Below, in pieces: positions 50,401-63,199 of a stretch of 64,000 nt of DNA. The notes beneath the pieces were generated by a model. The model was not told where the DNA came from and did not search any database. It saw only the letters and a list, made by a program, of their open reading frames with translations. The position numbers and the translations under genes are program-made. Source of the DNA: Malacoraja senta (Eukaryota); NCBI GenBank assembly GCA_038087875.1, contig CM075982.1, positions 22,568,001 through 22,632,000 on the forward strand. The letters are read 5' to 3'. How positions within the stretch are numbered: position 1 is the stretch's first letter; the number at the start of each line of letters is the position of its first letter.

Positions 50401-52159
50401 TTCGAAGTGGCCAAAAAATGGAGAATATCCATTCTTGATTGTTGCCCAGTAGTGCAGGGGTGAATAACTTATTTTGTCTTGTGATGCGGACGTGAAGTAA
50501 TGTTGGAAAATGGGAAGTTCTCAGCATTGTTAGTATTTTAGAAGCTTGCCTTGTCTACTGCCAATGTTATTTTTGTGTTTGTGGCAATAGAAAGGTCTCC
50601 AGCATGAACTGAAATGGCTTTGAAGAATTTACAGTCACAGGAATTCCCATTGTTAGGTTCATTGTTCTGCTAACCAACTGTGGGCAGATTATGGAACAGG
50701 GACAGATAACGTCCCTTTTTTTTGTAAAATGTAATTACCATTATATCCATTAATATATATAAATTTTCTGAGAAAGGATGGCTATTTTTGTGTTTTAACA
50801 GATGTGATTGTAAATTGGAGGCAAAAGGGTTAGAGATTTGCCTCTGAATATTAATTATGATGAAGCTTTCATCTTGAGTGAGACAAATCACACCAGATTT
50901 TTCAAAAGCAAAACTGGAGCGTGTACATTAAAGCAGATTTTGAAGGCCATGTCGGGCCATGTTCCTGCTTTTAGTTTCAGCCTCTGTGACCTAAATATTC
51001 GTAGATTCTTCTTTGATTTAAATGCCCTCAGAATTTGCCTACCAGTATTGAACCAGTTGTGCTGAAACATGCTGATCAATGGGCACCAGGATCACTGTCC
51101 TGTCTAGTGAAGGTTTTAATTCAATTTTAAGTTAAATCATTCAATTGAAACTGTTTATATTTTTCAACCTTTCTCTCAAACAACATTTTAATTTTTAATT
51201 AAAAGCACTTGACCATTAGCCTTCCAGATCTGTGAGCTAAAGAGTGGGGAGAGGAGTTAGCAAGAAATGTGTACGACTTCAGAGCAATAGAGTGGGATGC
51301 GCTGGCAAGAGTATGTGTGAATGTCCAGATGAGGGCACCATTGGAGGCGATTGTGATGCACTCCAGAGTTGAATACCCCTGCAGAGATTTGTTCGCTAGG
51401 CTCACACATGTTTGAGTATTCATGCCAAATGTCAATGACCGTTGTAGGAGATGAGGGAAAGGAGAAGCTATGCTTTCACAACATTACTGTTGACGGTTCA
51501 AGATCACTGATTAGTGCTTGAGTGTCAGCCTTTCAGTGCTAATGATAGATTCTCCCACATTCCAAATTATTTTGTTTGTGATGCAGTATTAAATATTAAT
51601 TAAAGTTCTAGTTCTTCTCGTGTCAACTTTAATTGGGGTCGGCAGCAAAGCTTCCATAATGTATTCATGCTCAGAGAGGAGTACATTTTTGTTCTGAAAA
51701 AGAATTGTTCCATTTAGAATGACTCCCTTTGACATCTGGGCCCTCGTACTGGCTTGTGTTACCTTGTTAATAAGCCCTTTGTGTGCAGGACTTAGGAAGT
51801 TTATCAAAGGTTCCTTGGAACCTTTCATTGGACTCTCGGGTCCCCAGTCTTTTGTTGCCCTTCTATCCAGTGAAAATCACAGTTCTATTTCACTTCCAAT
51901 AATTCCACCTCCCCCTGCCTCTTTTTAAAGTTGGACACCAAAGTAAAATATCACTTTCGGTGGGCTTAGGAAGTACAGATAACCAGAGGAGACCTGTCTG
52001 ACTTTCTGTACCTGGTGTAAAAGTGTCTATTTTCATGGTGTACTACAGTTAATAATTTAAGTAAGAAAAATTGTCGTTCTATTAGGGAAACTTTTTCTAA
52101 TATACAAAGTGTCTATATATGTATATGCCAAATCTTTGGTATAAAACCAACCTACTAAA

Positions 52160-52258
52160 GGGAATGTAGACAAAAATGCTGGAGAAACTCAGCGGGTGAG
52201 GCAGCATCTATGGAGTGAAGGAATAGGTGATGTTTCGGGTCGAGACCCTTCTTCAGAC
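52160..52258 (-). repeat. Penelope-associated terminal repeat with hammerhead-like motif
   Basis: Nearly identical to 17185-17278; minus strand reads gtctgaagaagggtctcgacccgaaacatcacc. Confidence 0.78.
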
Positions 52259-52779
52259 TTAAAGGGAATGCTCGCTTATCACTTTATTGAAAAGGCTATA
52301 AATAAAATTAAAACTTGTAGCTAGGCTGAGTAATTTATCCCACTGAGTCCAGGCCACAGACAATGGCCTCCCTCCCTTGCCCTTCAGTGAGCTGCCCCCT
52401 GTGGGTTTTCTGATGTGCTGAAACCCTGGGGAAATGGAGGTATGTAGCACTACTGTGAGACCTAGTTAGTTGTAGAGATAATTGGTCACTGATTCATGCA
52501 CCAGCACCTGAGCTTGTTTTCTTCACTTATTATTATTAGTTCCTGGATATTGTGAAAGACACCTCTGATATAATTCTCATAAATTTCAGTCGGTAGGAAT
52601 GCAGCTGCTTCTTGATGTCTCCTTGCTACTAGTGCAGCTAGATAACGATCTGTGAGAATCCATCATGATTTTGTGTTAGTGTTGACCACCATCGGTCGAG
52701 TCCCTTATGGTGACAGTGATAACTTTCAGAAATAACTGATTTGCAGCAGGAATCCATTAGCCCTTTTGAGATTTTGCCA

Positions 52780-53290
52780 CAAGAAATGGAAGTAGGATTA
52801 GGCCATTCAATTCCTCATGCCTACTGCACCTTTAATTAAGATTGTGACTGATTGACTTCAGGGCCATATCCCTGCACCTGCCTAATTTCCCATTTTTCCA
52901 TTAATGTCCAAAAATCAATTGATTTCTGCAGAGCTCTTTGATAGAGAATTCATAAGACGCACACCCTTAACATCCTTAAAAAACTCTAATTTCAGCACTC
53001 AGTGGCCCTTTTATTTTTGAAACTATAATCCCAGACAGCACTGCACAGGGAAATTGTCTCCTCAGCTACCCTCCAAGTCCTGTAATGGTGCATGTTTCAG
53101 TGAGTGCTTTTTCTTTTTTTTCTTGTTCAGAGAGTATACGCCCAGTCTATTTAATACCTGCTCACTGAACAATCTCCTGATCCCAGGAATCAATCTGGTA
53201 AACCTTCATTGCACTTCCTTTACTGCAAGAGTATCCTACTTTGGGTAGGGAGACCAAAATGCATGCTTCATCAGTGCTCCATATAATTGC
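52780..53290 (-). mobile_element. Degenerate CR1 3' fragment
   Basis: ggaagtaggattaggccattc...ccaggaatcaatctggtaaaccttcattgcact...ggagaccaaaa. Confidence 0.6.
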
Positions 53291-53734
53291 ATGATCAAAT
53301 GATTGTGTGGCCCCAGTGTTTATTCATAATCCTATGAATATTTCCATTTCTACAATTCAATTCTTCCTTGTTCCCTTTTAAGATTGAATCTACATAGAAG
53401 CTTTCTAAGTGGGAGTTATTATGTACTGTATATTTGAACTCTCAGCCTGCCATTCTCTATTGACAGCACTGCTGATCACATCCCACTCTGTACTCGAGGG
53501 CCATCCATTGCTGATCTTACAACATGCCCTCAGCTCTGTTCGAGGACCATATTCAGCACTTCATGCTGTGTTAATAATTTAGGCAGTATCATCTATAACA
53601 CAGTGAGTAAATCAGATAGTTATTCCAGGCCCCCACCCAGTTTTTCAAATGAAAATTTAAAATAAAAATCAGCCGACAGGTGCAGTACTTCTACTCTTGA
53701 GGTCTCTTCATCAGATAAATCTGATTAGGATTTA

Positions 53735-54523
53735 CTTAGTTACTTTTTATTACAGACTCAAGGTCCAGATAAAAGACAAGACATTACATAGAATAAATTG
53801 CATACAAAAGCATAATAAATTACATACAAAAGCACAATACATGGTTTAAGATCAAGAATTTAAAAAAACAGTGTCCTATAACGAAACAACTATACCAATA
53901 TCTCCACAACTGGGATTGGTAGCGTGTAGTGCTAAACCTTATGTTTGATAAGGCCAAGATGATTTCATTTTCAGAGTAATTAATCCGGCAAATAAATTTA
54001 TACAAAAGATTTCTTAAGACAGTTTGTAAAGTATTGTCTCCTGCAGCCGCAAACATTTCACTTGCACTACACCATCTAGGTCTCTTAAGTAATATTGTCA
54101 TGGCATCATAGTAAGCTACTTTAAGTCTCTGTAACCATAGGCATGCAGTATAGAGTGGATTACAATATGCTCTGAACAGAGACATCTTCACTCCATCTGT
54201 ACAAGCACTAAACTTCAGTAAGAGAATGTTTGCTTGTGCATACAGCATACGGCGTTGCCTATAAATATCCTCATCATCTGTCATTTGTTCTGTAATAAAA
54301 TGTCCAAGATATTTTACCTTATTACAGACACTAAGATTATTATCAGACAATTTAAAATCAGGAAATTTTAGACATTTATCCTCTTTAGTTCAACAGATCG
54401 TAACAGCACTCTTACCAGCATTATATTTAATATCATGTTCCACACCATACACAGAACATATAGTAAGGAACTGCTGGAGACCAGCGGGTAGATGGACTAA
54501 AGACCACAAGATCATCTGCATAC
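53735..54523 (-). mobile_element. 5'-truncated LINE (RTE-X-like; clade uncertain), RT C-terminus
   Basis: Begins at YADDLVV (about 54522); ORF 53820-54350 has KVKYLGH...DIYRQRRMLYAQAN...LFRAYCNPLY; AATAAA near 53750 on the minus strand. Confidence 0.8.
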
Positions 54524-56844
54524 AATCCTATCTTCAATAAGAGATAGGATTGGCAGAACCAGGACTTCTGATGAAGTTGACTTACTAAAGTGCTATCCCT
54601 CAAATGTACTAGACCTGTCTCTCCAACGGATGCTTACAGAGTATCTAAAGATCCTGCTAATAAAGCAGGAACTAGACCATGGAGCTACAGAAGCATAGTG
54701 CTGAGAAAGAAACTCCTGTGGTTATATTAGTTGCATAAGTTTGTTTTCCAGTGGTTATGCTGGAGCCTATGGATTTCCATCCAGCATTGATGAAAGTCCC
54801 ATCAAATCACTTGCTGTGTAATGCAAGGAAATATGTAAATGTTAATGTAAAGTGCAATCAACTTGCCTAAATCCACCAACAGTTTTATTTAGAATGAAGC
54901 TCTCAGAATTATTGAACTTTTTTTGGTACTATACGAGGCTGTGATATCATAGTCTTTAGTTGCGCATACCCGCAAAAGTATGAGTGCAAATTTATCATAC
55001 TAATGCTCCAGGCTGTGTTTATGTGCCTCCTAGCAGCCGACCATGGGATAATGTTGTAGAGGATGCAATTGACCTGCTTTCTGGTCAACAAGTGTTAAAG
55101 GAGCAGATAGCATTATTTTAATGAAGAGGAAAACATTATTCCGTTTATTCAAGGTGGCAGAGGCTGTCCCATTAGCTCCCCTGCAGCTTGCAAATACTGA
55201 GCACACAGAGAATATCTGGTCCTAATTTTATTCTCACTGTGCCGACAGAGTGGTTGTTCTGTTCTCCATTATTCCCTTTAGCTGTTAAATCATTCCAATG
55301 AAAGGAAAAGGACCCTTGCTCCAAATATCTAGCTGGTAGACAATGCTCCACAGTGTGAATTTCAGGGGCTGATCATGTTTGGCTGTGAAAGCAGGCAGTG
55401 GTTACTGTCAGCTTGGTTTTCAATATCAATATCAATATCAGTTTTATTCATCACTTGCACATAAAGTGCAAGTGAAATGAATTTGGCAGTGGAACTACCA
55501 GATCCCTCCTCCTTCCTGGAGATGTTCTCCGTGCAGGATTGACTGCCTTTTGCAGAGGGTTAGAGAAGGGGCAAATTGGCATTAAATCTTTTCAAATCAA
55601 GCTATTTGCTTAATTTCCTAAGGTACTGTATTTCTGCCTCCAGATGGTATATAAAACAGTTTGGAAGATTCAACCTACAGAATCACAACCTGTCATGAAA
55701 ATTAATGTGTGGTCAGAGTGAGAAGGAAGAAACTAGTTTAAAGCTTTAAACTCGGATGACCATGTGTCATGTAATTAAATTTCAGATGAGAAAATTGAGC
55801 ATGATTAGCATTTTATTTTCAAAGCAATGTGAACCTGATGGTTGATTCAGATTTAGATTTCACAGCTTGTGTTGTGCACGATTAACCACATCCAAAATCT
55901 CAAACCCCTCTCTTTCCAGCTTGCCACTCCTAAACTTGCAAAGTCTCTCGGTGCCTTCTCTCAGAGTGTGACAAGTCATACCCTGTCTGTGAAAGGCTGG
56001 TAGACACTGAAAGGGAAGGTGTTCAGCGGAACCTCTATATACCATTTTGGAGTTGGATTGTAGTTGTAGCAGAGATTTAGGAGCAGGAAGTGTTTGGAAG
56101 GCAAGAAATAATTGAAACCCATAAATCCTTCCACTTTGAAGACATAAATTGATCACATTAACATCTATACTCTGAAGTATTAATCAAGGTACACCCTGGC
56201 ACATCAGACTTCCATTCTCATACACCCACTCAAGACCACAGTGTTTTATTCAATACTAGAAACAAATCAGTGCTCTGACATTTCCGAAATGTTTCCCCTC
56301 TTTCACTTCTGGTTCATTGTGATTTTATTTTTCCTCTAACTTCTCCTTATTTTCTTGGCTATACCTACCTACCTGCCTGCCAATTTTGAATGGTCATAGA
56401 GTCATACACCACAGAAATAGGCCATATGGCCCACCTCGTCCCTGCTGACCATTTAAATACCATCTACACGAAGCCTATTTGCCAGCGTTAGTTCCGTGAC
56501 CTCAGGTCGAAGTTCCTGGCTAGAAATGGGAGTGAATGTTCATCCAAATGAATATGTCTTGGTCACAAGATTAATGCTTTCACCTGCATTCTGTGCCAAA
56601 GTGTGGGGTTGATAAATCATTGTGTCATCTTCTGCTCTGGATCACTGCTCTCAAACTGTCATCGGGTTTATGAGCACATTAAACATTTTTGCTTATAGTT
56701 CCTCCCTGACTGCATTGAGTGAAGCCGAATCTACTGGTGATTTTTGTATGAGGTAGCAGATGGGGATGTTATCCAAGTCCCGTTACGGATGCTCAGACTA
56801 GCTAGATGCAATTGATTAGAATCCAGTCTCCTACTCTAATTGGT

Positions 56845-57125
56845 TGAACGGGTCCTTTGGCCTACCGAATCCAAGCCAACCATCGATCACCCATTCACAC
56901 TAGTTCCACGTTATCCCACTTTCATATCCACTCTTTATACATTAGGCGCAATTTCCAGAGGCCAATTAATCTACAAAATCACACGCTTTTGGAATGTGGG
57001 AGGATACTGGAGCACCTGGAGAAAACCCACCAGATCGCAAACTCCACACATACCACACCCGAGGTCAGGATCGCACTGTGGTCTCGGCACTGTGGGACAG
57101 CAGCTCTACCAGCTTTGCTACTGTA
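56845..57125 (-). mobile_element. HE1-type SINE
   Basis: Reverse complement of the SINE (ccatcgatcacccattcacac...ggccaattaatctacaaa...cagctctacc). Confidence 0.75.
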
Positions 57126-58644
57126 GTTATCACGGTCTGGCTGGTAACAGCCTCTGGACCTGTGTTGACAGGGTCAGTTCCAATATGATTCTGTCAGGTG
57201 GTTTCCCAAACCTGTTTGGGCTCAGGTAGAGAATTGTCCCCTGGAAATGGAAGGCTGCCAGTGACCCAAATCGGCATGAGTAAGGGAGTCCTTGTGCTTT
57301 GGAGATGAGAGGAGAAAAATTGTGTAACCCACTACATAGTCTGGTAACTGTCAACCCACTTTATGCCCTTAGAATGAATGTTCGTTGTTGACTTCATGTT
57401 GAACTTTACAGAATCAGACATTCAATAAAACCTCCTTTTAAATTTCATTATCTGCATCTGTCATATAAGTCTTGCATATGTCTGCCATAAAAGGCACAGT
57501 GCATCTTCAGATTTTTCCCTTATTTGTTTGAGATCTGGACACATCTGGCAACACCGGCATTCTTTGTCCATTTGTTTAACTGTCAACTGAGGAGGCAGTT
57601 AGGAGTCAATCATGGATGGGTCTGGAATTGCATAAAAGTCCCACTGGGTTAAGAATAGGGTTCAGTCACTATTGGGCATCAATGAACTTGATTTTTTTTC
57701 TGTGCTGGTAGTTTCATCATGACTGCCAGTGATATCAGTTCTTGATCTCCATGGCTGTTTAATGAAGTGAATTTAAGTTGTCTAGTTATCATGATGTTGA
57801 GCGTATGTTGCCAATGGTCCAGCTCTCTGGATACTAGTCCAGTGATGCAACCAATCTACCAATTAGATTTGCCTAGATGTTCTCGAGTTGGTCCAATTTT
57901 GTAATTTTCCACTCACTCAATTCCTGCACTTTCCAGTGGGCAATTAGGCATCCACGTTGCAAGCCAGATCTGATGAAGTTCAAATAGCAAGATAGCTTTA
58001 ATTTTCTTGTGTTCTACTTTGGCTGATTGTGTCCACTTTTCGGCAGCTTCAGGTCCCACTCTAAATACTTGAGGGAAAACACAAACCTATGTTGAGAGTT
58101 TTGGAATGTTAGATTTGAGATCCTAACTCGCTTAATCTAGAGAGGGGCGAGGTGAGAAGGACACGCAGTCACCAGGGTATCCTGGTGAACATTTCACTCT
58201 TAATCAAACAGGCGAGGAAGTCATCATCAGACTGGTATCTGTGGGAGCTTGCCCTTCATGCCCAGCCCATTTTCACATTATGGCAGTAACACACTTCAAA
58301 AGTCCCTCGAAGGCTGTAAACCATTGAGATGTTCCAAGGAAAATTGTTGTATAAATGCATGTCTTGTTTTTTCAGTAGCTAACCTGCGATGATTTTTATT
58401 TTCTCTGCAATTTCAGTTGATCCTGATTTGGAACCTATGACTTGTTTTAGACTGAGTTGGGTCTTGAGAGCTTCCCTGGTGCAAGCACATAATGAGTTCT
58501 GTGTTGTATAATTTACTAGTTCTCCTTCCCCACTTCTCTGTTTTGTCATGTTTCTCGAGCATTCTGGATTACAGCGACAAGGGCAATTAGAAGTCCACAT
58601 TGCAAGCCAGACTTGATGAAGTTCAAACAGCAAGATTGAGAACC

Positions 58645-58915
58645 TGATTTGCTTCATTAGACTGTTCAAAACTTCCGATTGTTTGCAACTGATTTAACAA
58701 ATCTAAGATGGCTTTTGTGGAAATTGAAATATCCCTGTTTGTATAGACACTAAATGTTTTTAAATAAAACAGTAAAGTGCAAGTGATTAATTGTGGTTAA
58801 TTGCTGCAACGTTGTATTAAGCATTAAAATTGGGAACTGTAGTGATTCCAAAGTTGTAACTTTTAAGGAAGTTCTGCAAACAGTTCCTGAACTTTTTAAA
58901 ACGTTACATGAAGAA
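58645..58915 (+). repeat. About 275-bp direct repeat, copy 1 (copy 2 at 61828-62107)
   Basis: Colinear high similarity from tgatttgctt(c/t)attagactgttcaaaactt to aaacgttacatgaagaa. Confidence 0.9.
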
Positions 58916-59694
58916 GAACTGAAGTATTCTACCATGAGGATTTGAGATGGGCAATGTAAGAAATAATTAACTGCACTGTTACCAAATGTGCTTATTAAAA
59001 GGCAGGTGTCAATTCTGGTCTTTGCATTTTAGAACAAGAATAAATGCATGAAGCAAAGACTGTGTTCTTCCTGAATATAAAAATACAAGATGCAGATAGG
59101 GCTGCATCCATGGAAGAGAAACCAACTTGTTAGCCTAGTAGAGAGCTTTGCTTTGATGCTAGTCTCTGATGTTGTAAATGTTTTGGGAATTGCTTGGAGT
59201 ATCCTGGCAGTAGCAGTGGAATTTCCATCAGCAGGGAAGGGGGAGGGGGGAAGAGCGAAAAGAACAAGTGAAATATAAATGACACTGGACTGCATTTCAC
59301 TTCCATACTGAAAATCTGTTGAAAATGTTTGCTTGAAGCCCCCTTTGAGCTCTGGTTGTGATAATGGCCATAGGTTGATCTGCTGAAACAACCATCTACC
59401 AGGGTCCCTTTGGATGTTCAGTTAATCTCTGTTGCTGTTGGACGCTGCCACCAGAATGTCTGTAACTGGTTGCTGCACAGAGGTAATTTTTGAAGGAATG
59501 GAGGGTATGAAATTGAGTCTGTAAAAGAGAGAAGGGAAAAGCAGGAATAAATCTGTTTGTTGGCCAGAAAGGACAAGGAAGAGGAGGGAGCAAGGAATGA
59601 GGATAGACTGTGGCACAAGGCTGGATGATATCTTTCATCTTCTCATCCTCAAACTGGTGAGGCAAGGTGAGAAGATGAGAAATCTCAGCATTAG

Positions 59695-59980
59695 TTTGTT
59701 TAGGTTTTTATTGTCGCGTGTACAGTGAAAAGCTTTGTTTTGCATGCTGTCCAAACAGATCAGATATACCATATAGAAATACAATCAAGTCAAACTCAAG
59801 TACAATAGATCGAGCAAAGGGGAAGATACAGAATGCAGAATATATATTTCTCAGCATTGTCACGCATCAGTTCCATACACAAAGTCCAAAGTCCACAAGG
59901 GGGTAGAGGTGAATCGGGCAGTACTCTAGCTTATGGAAGGACTGTTCTAAAGCCTGATGACGGAGGGGAAGAAGCTTTTC
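59695..59980 (-). mobile_element. Rex1/Babar-like LINE 3' tail
   Basis: tttattgtcgcgtgtacagtgaaaagcttt...gcctgatgacggaggggaagaagct. Confidence 0.55.
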
Positions 59981-61220
59981 AGAGGCAGCGTGAACTGTAG
60001 GGTGGTGGACACATGTCGCCAATTTCAAGCCTCGTGTAATCCCTGAAATATGAGCTGTTTTTCAAAGGCAAAATAAATTGTAGTGGCACTCATAGTCAGA
60101 TATAGGAATGATGATTGAGGGAAGCTTAGGGCAACTGGTGGCTGTCGACAGTCCAGCCTCCTTTTATTTCTGGCTTAATGCTGGGATATTTCTCTCTTCT
60201 CTCTTCTCTCATCATACCACCTTCCAGACTGGAGAAGTTACCAACCAAGCAGAAACTTGAGAAATCAGGGTTACAATAATCTGAAGCTGAAGGGTGGAGA
60301 TAGCCCATTGCCCTTGACCTGCCTGTACATCCTTTCAACTGAGGTCAACTTGCATTTAGTGGCTATTTAAGGGTGGTTGATTGAGAAGTTAGATGTGTTA
60401 TATTTCCTTAACCATTTGCACTTCAACATTAAGTGTCTTGCCATTCTGTCACCACAGTAGTGCTCCACCAACAGGGTGCTTTCACACGCTCCCTTGCTCA
60501 CAATTCTACAGTCAACGGCCAACTCCTTGGACCTCCCTACCTTCCACATGCGACTCTCCCTCTTTCCCACCTCCTCCCCCTTGCCTTTTGTCAGCTCCAC
60601 AGTTTGTGTATTTATTTTCCTTATTATTTTGCTCGTTCGACCATGACTGTCACAGCTGCATGCCACAGTCATATTGAATTGCTGCCATGTGGTGATTGTA
60701 ATTGGTGTGATTCATGTGAATGCATGCACTTGCAATGGCTCCATCCAGACCAATCAGGTTCACATTTGTCACCAAAGCTCCAAATAATAATATGAAGAAT
60801 TATCCTGTAACAACTTAATTTGGCAACATCTAATTCTGAAATTAATTGGGTTGATTAATGTATCCAAATCTTACAGTCCAGGGAATCGGAATGAAAACGT
60901 ACTAAATTCCTTAGTTCCCTATGGATTTCAGTTGCCATGTTAAAGTTACAGGTTCCAAGACTGTTTTGTTGCTTTATGCATTGGTGTGCCTTATTTTTAA
61001 AGTGTGCTTTGCTTTTTCTTTGCGGTGTGTAATCTGCTTTCATAGTGTAGTTCTGCAATTTTTAACAGCTATTAATCTTGAAAAAGTATTACAAACGTGT
61101 CGTCTTGGTTTAATTCCAGTAAGTGTTGCAACACTTATGTTAATAGTCTTAAAGTATTATCAATATATATTTAGTTGTTTGTCACGTGCTGTGGGCTCAT
61201 GTTCTGTTCCCTGTGTGCAG

Positions 61221-61344
61221 GTGAAAGTAATGACTGATCTGGAGTTGCTAGCTGTAGCATGTGAGCAGTTCCTGGGGAAAAGTGTCGTGGAGACCAAAAG
61301 TGTGGTGCTGCAGACCCTAGAAGGACACCTCCGAGCAATCCTGG
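61221..61344 (+). CDS. FLOT2: Flotillin-2 coding exon 4 (124 nt)
   Basis: ttctgttccctgtgtgcAG|GTG AAA GTA ATG...ATC CTG G|GTAACT. Translates VKVMTDLELLAVACEQFLGKSVVETKSVVLQTLEGHLRAIL(G). Phase 0 start joins either exon 3 variant. Confidence 0.97.
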
Positions 61345-61827
61345 GTAACTTGTCTGTCTTGAATTTGTTTGATTTACATCCCAGCAAAGAATTTATCCAG
61401 ACAAGCTAATAATTCTGCACCACTTGTAACCTATCTGGTTATGTGAATGAAAATGGGAAATTGTAATCCTTGGCTGATGGGTCCTCTCATGCAAGGCATA
61501 AGGCACCCTTCCTCAACAAAGATTGCGACCATTGGATAGGGGTGCACATGCAGGTGCTCTTTCACAGCATGCTTTCACAACTGATCACTCTTCTTCACCT
61601 GCTAGGGTGGGATTCGAACCCATTTCTCTGGATCGCCGGTCGAGTAACTGCTGCAGTCTCATCCAAGATTAATAGGTTGAAGAGTTTGATTGATTGAAGG
61701 TTGATTGAAAGATACAGAATGGAAAAATCACTTCAGCGCACTGACACAATGCCAACCATCGATCAGTTCTATGTTATCCCACTTTCACAGCAACTCCCTA
61801 CAAACTAGGGGCAATTTACAGAGACCT

Positions 61828-62107
61828 TGATTTGCTTTATTAGACTGTTCAAAACTTCTGACAGTGTGCAACTGATTTATCAAATCGAAGATGGCTTTTG
61901 TGGGAATTGAAATATCCCATTATGAATATACAGTAAATGTTTTTAAATAAAACAGTAAAGGGCAAGTGATTCAAAGCCAAATTGTGATTAATTGCTGCAT
62001 AATTGTATTAAGCATTAAAATTAGGAACTGTAATGATTCCAAAGTTGTACCTTTTTAAGCAAGTTCTGCAAACAATTCCTGAACTTTTTCAAACGTTACA
62101 TGAAGAA
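61828..62107 (+). repeat. About 280-bp direct repeat, copy 2
   Basis: See copy 1 at 58645-58915. Confidence 0.9.
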
Positions 62108-62221
62108 CATGGGTGAAAACTGGAAAAGAGAGGTGAGGTAAGGCAAAGGTGAGCAAGTGATAGCTTACAGGTGAGGGGAGTTTGAATGGCAGATGGATGG
62201 AAGGAATAAATGACAAATGAC

Positions 62222-63105
62222 AGGGTGGCACAGTCGCGTTGTGGTATATCTACTTGTCTTACAGCGCCAGAAACCCAGGTTCTGCTGCCTGTATGGAATT
62301 TGGACGTTCTCCTCTGACCGCATGTGTTTTCGCTGTGTGCTCCAGTTTCCTCCCACACTCCCAACGACATACAGGTTTGTAGGTTTTTTAGGAAGGGACT
62401 ACAAATGCTGGTTTACACCGTAGATAGACTCAAAATGCTGGAGTAACTCAGCGGGACAGGCTGGATAGAGTATTTGCAGCAGGCAGGTGGGAAGAAGTGT
62501 AGTCTCGATAGTTGTGGGAGTCAGTAGTTTTATAACGGGCTTCAATCGATAGTTTATCTCCTGTGATCAAGAAAGGGGAGGGAGGTGTCAGAGATGATCC
62601 AAGTGAATTTGAGTGCAAGATGGAAATTGGTAGTGAAGTTATGAAGTCCTTGAGTTCTGCGTGGGTGCAGGAGGTCGCATCAATGCAGTTGTCAATCTAG
62701 CGGAGATAGAGTTTGGGGACAGGGTCAATGTATGCCTGGAACAGGGATTGATCAGCGTACCTTACAAAGAGGCAGGCGTAGCTAGGGGCCAGACGAGTTC
62801 CCATGGCTACGCCTTGGATTTGGAGGAAGAGAGAGGAGTCGAAGGAGAAATTGTTGAGAGTAAGGACCAGCTTCACTTGGTGGATGAGAGTGTTGGTAGA
62901 GGGTGGATAGAGTCTTTGCAGGAGGCAAGGAGCCTGTCCTGAGTTTCTCCAGCATTTTGTGTCTATCTTCAGGCTGTAGGTTAATTGGCTTCGGTAAAAA
63001 TGGTAAATTGGGGTGCTAGAACGTAGGATAGTGTTAGTGTACGGGGTGATTGCTGGTTGGCATGGACTCGGTGGGCCGAAGGGCCTGTTTCGCACTGTAT
63101 CTCTT
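62222..63105 (+). mobile_element. HE1-type SINE split by a minus-strand Penelope RT fragment (about 62390-62970)
   Basis: The SINE 5' half ends ...acaggtttgtaggtt and resumes caggctgtaggttaattggc. The insert encodes LVLTLNNFSFDSSLFLQIQGVAMGTRLAPSYACLF...YLR (Penelope RT). Confidence 0.85.
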
Positions 63106-63199
63106 AAAAAATATATGGCAGAGGTGAGATGGGTGTCAAATAAGGCAAGAGGAGGAGAAATTTAAAGTCAGAAGGAGTGATATGTATAATTCTATACCC

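Noticed and set aside
53584-53602. Partial similarity to miR-144 (the miR-144/451 cluster neighbours FLOT2 in mammals)
   Set aside because: Only about 9 nt match, with no precursor hairpin and no miR-451 sequence seen.
60921-61409. 162-aa ORF as a standalone gene
   Set aside because: Only 61221-61344 is FLOT2 exon 4; the rest is intronic read-through.
61453-61485. ATG GGA AAT TGT (MGNC), resembling the FLOT2 N-terminus
   Set aside because: It lies downstream of exon 4 and continues NPWLMGP rather than HTVGPNEALVVSG; chance match.
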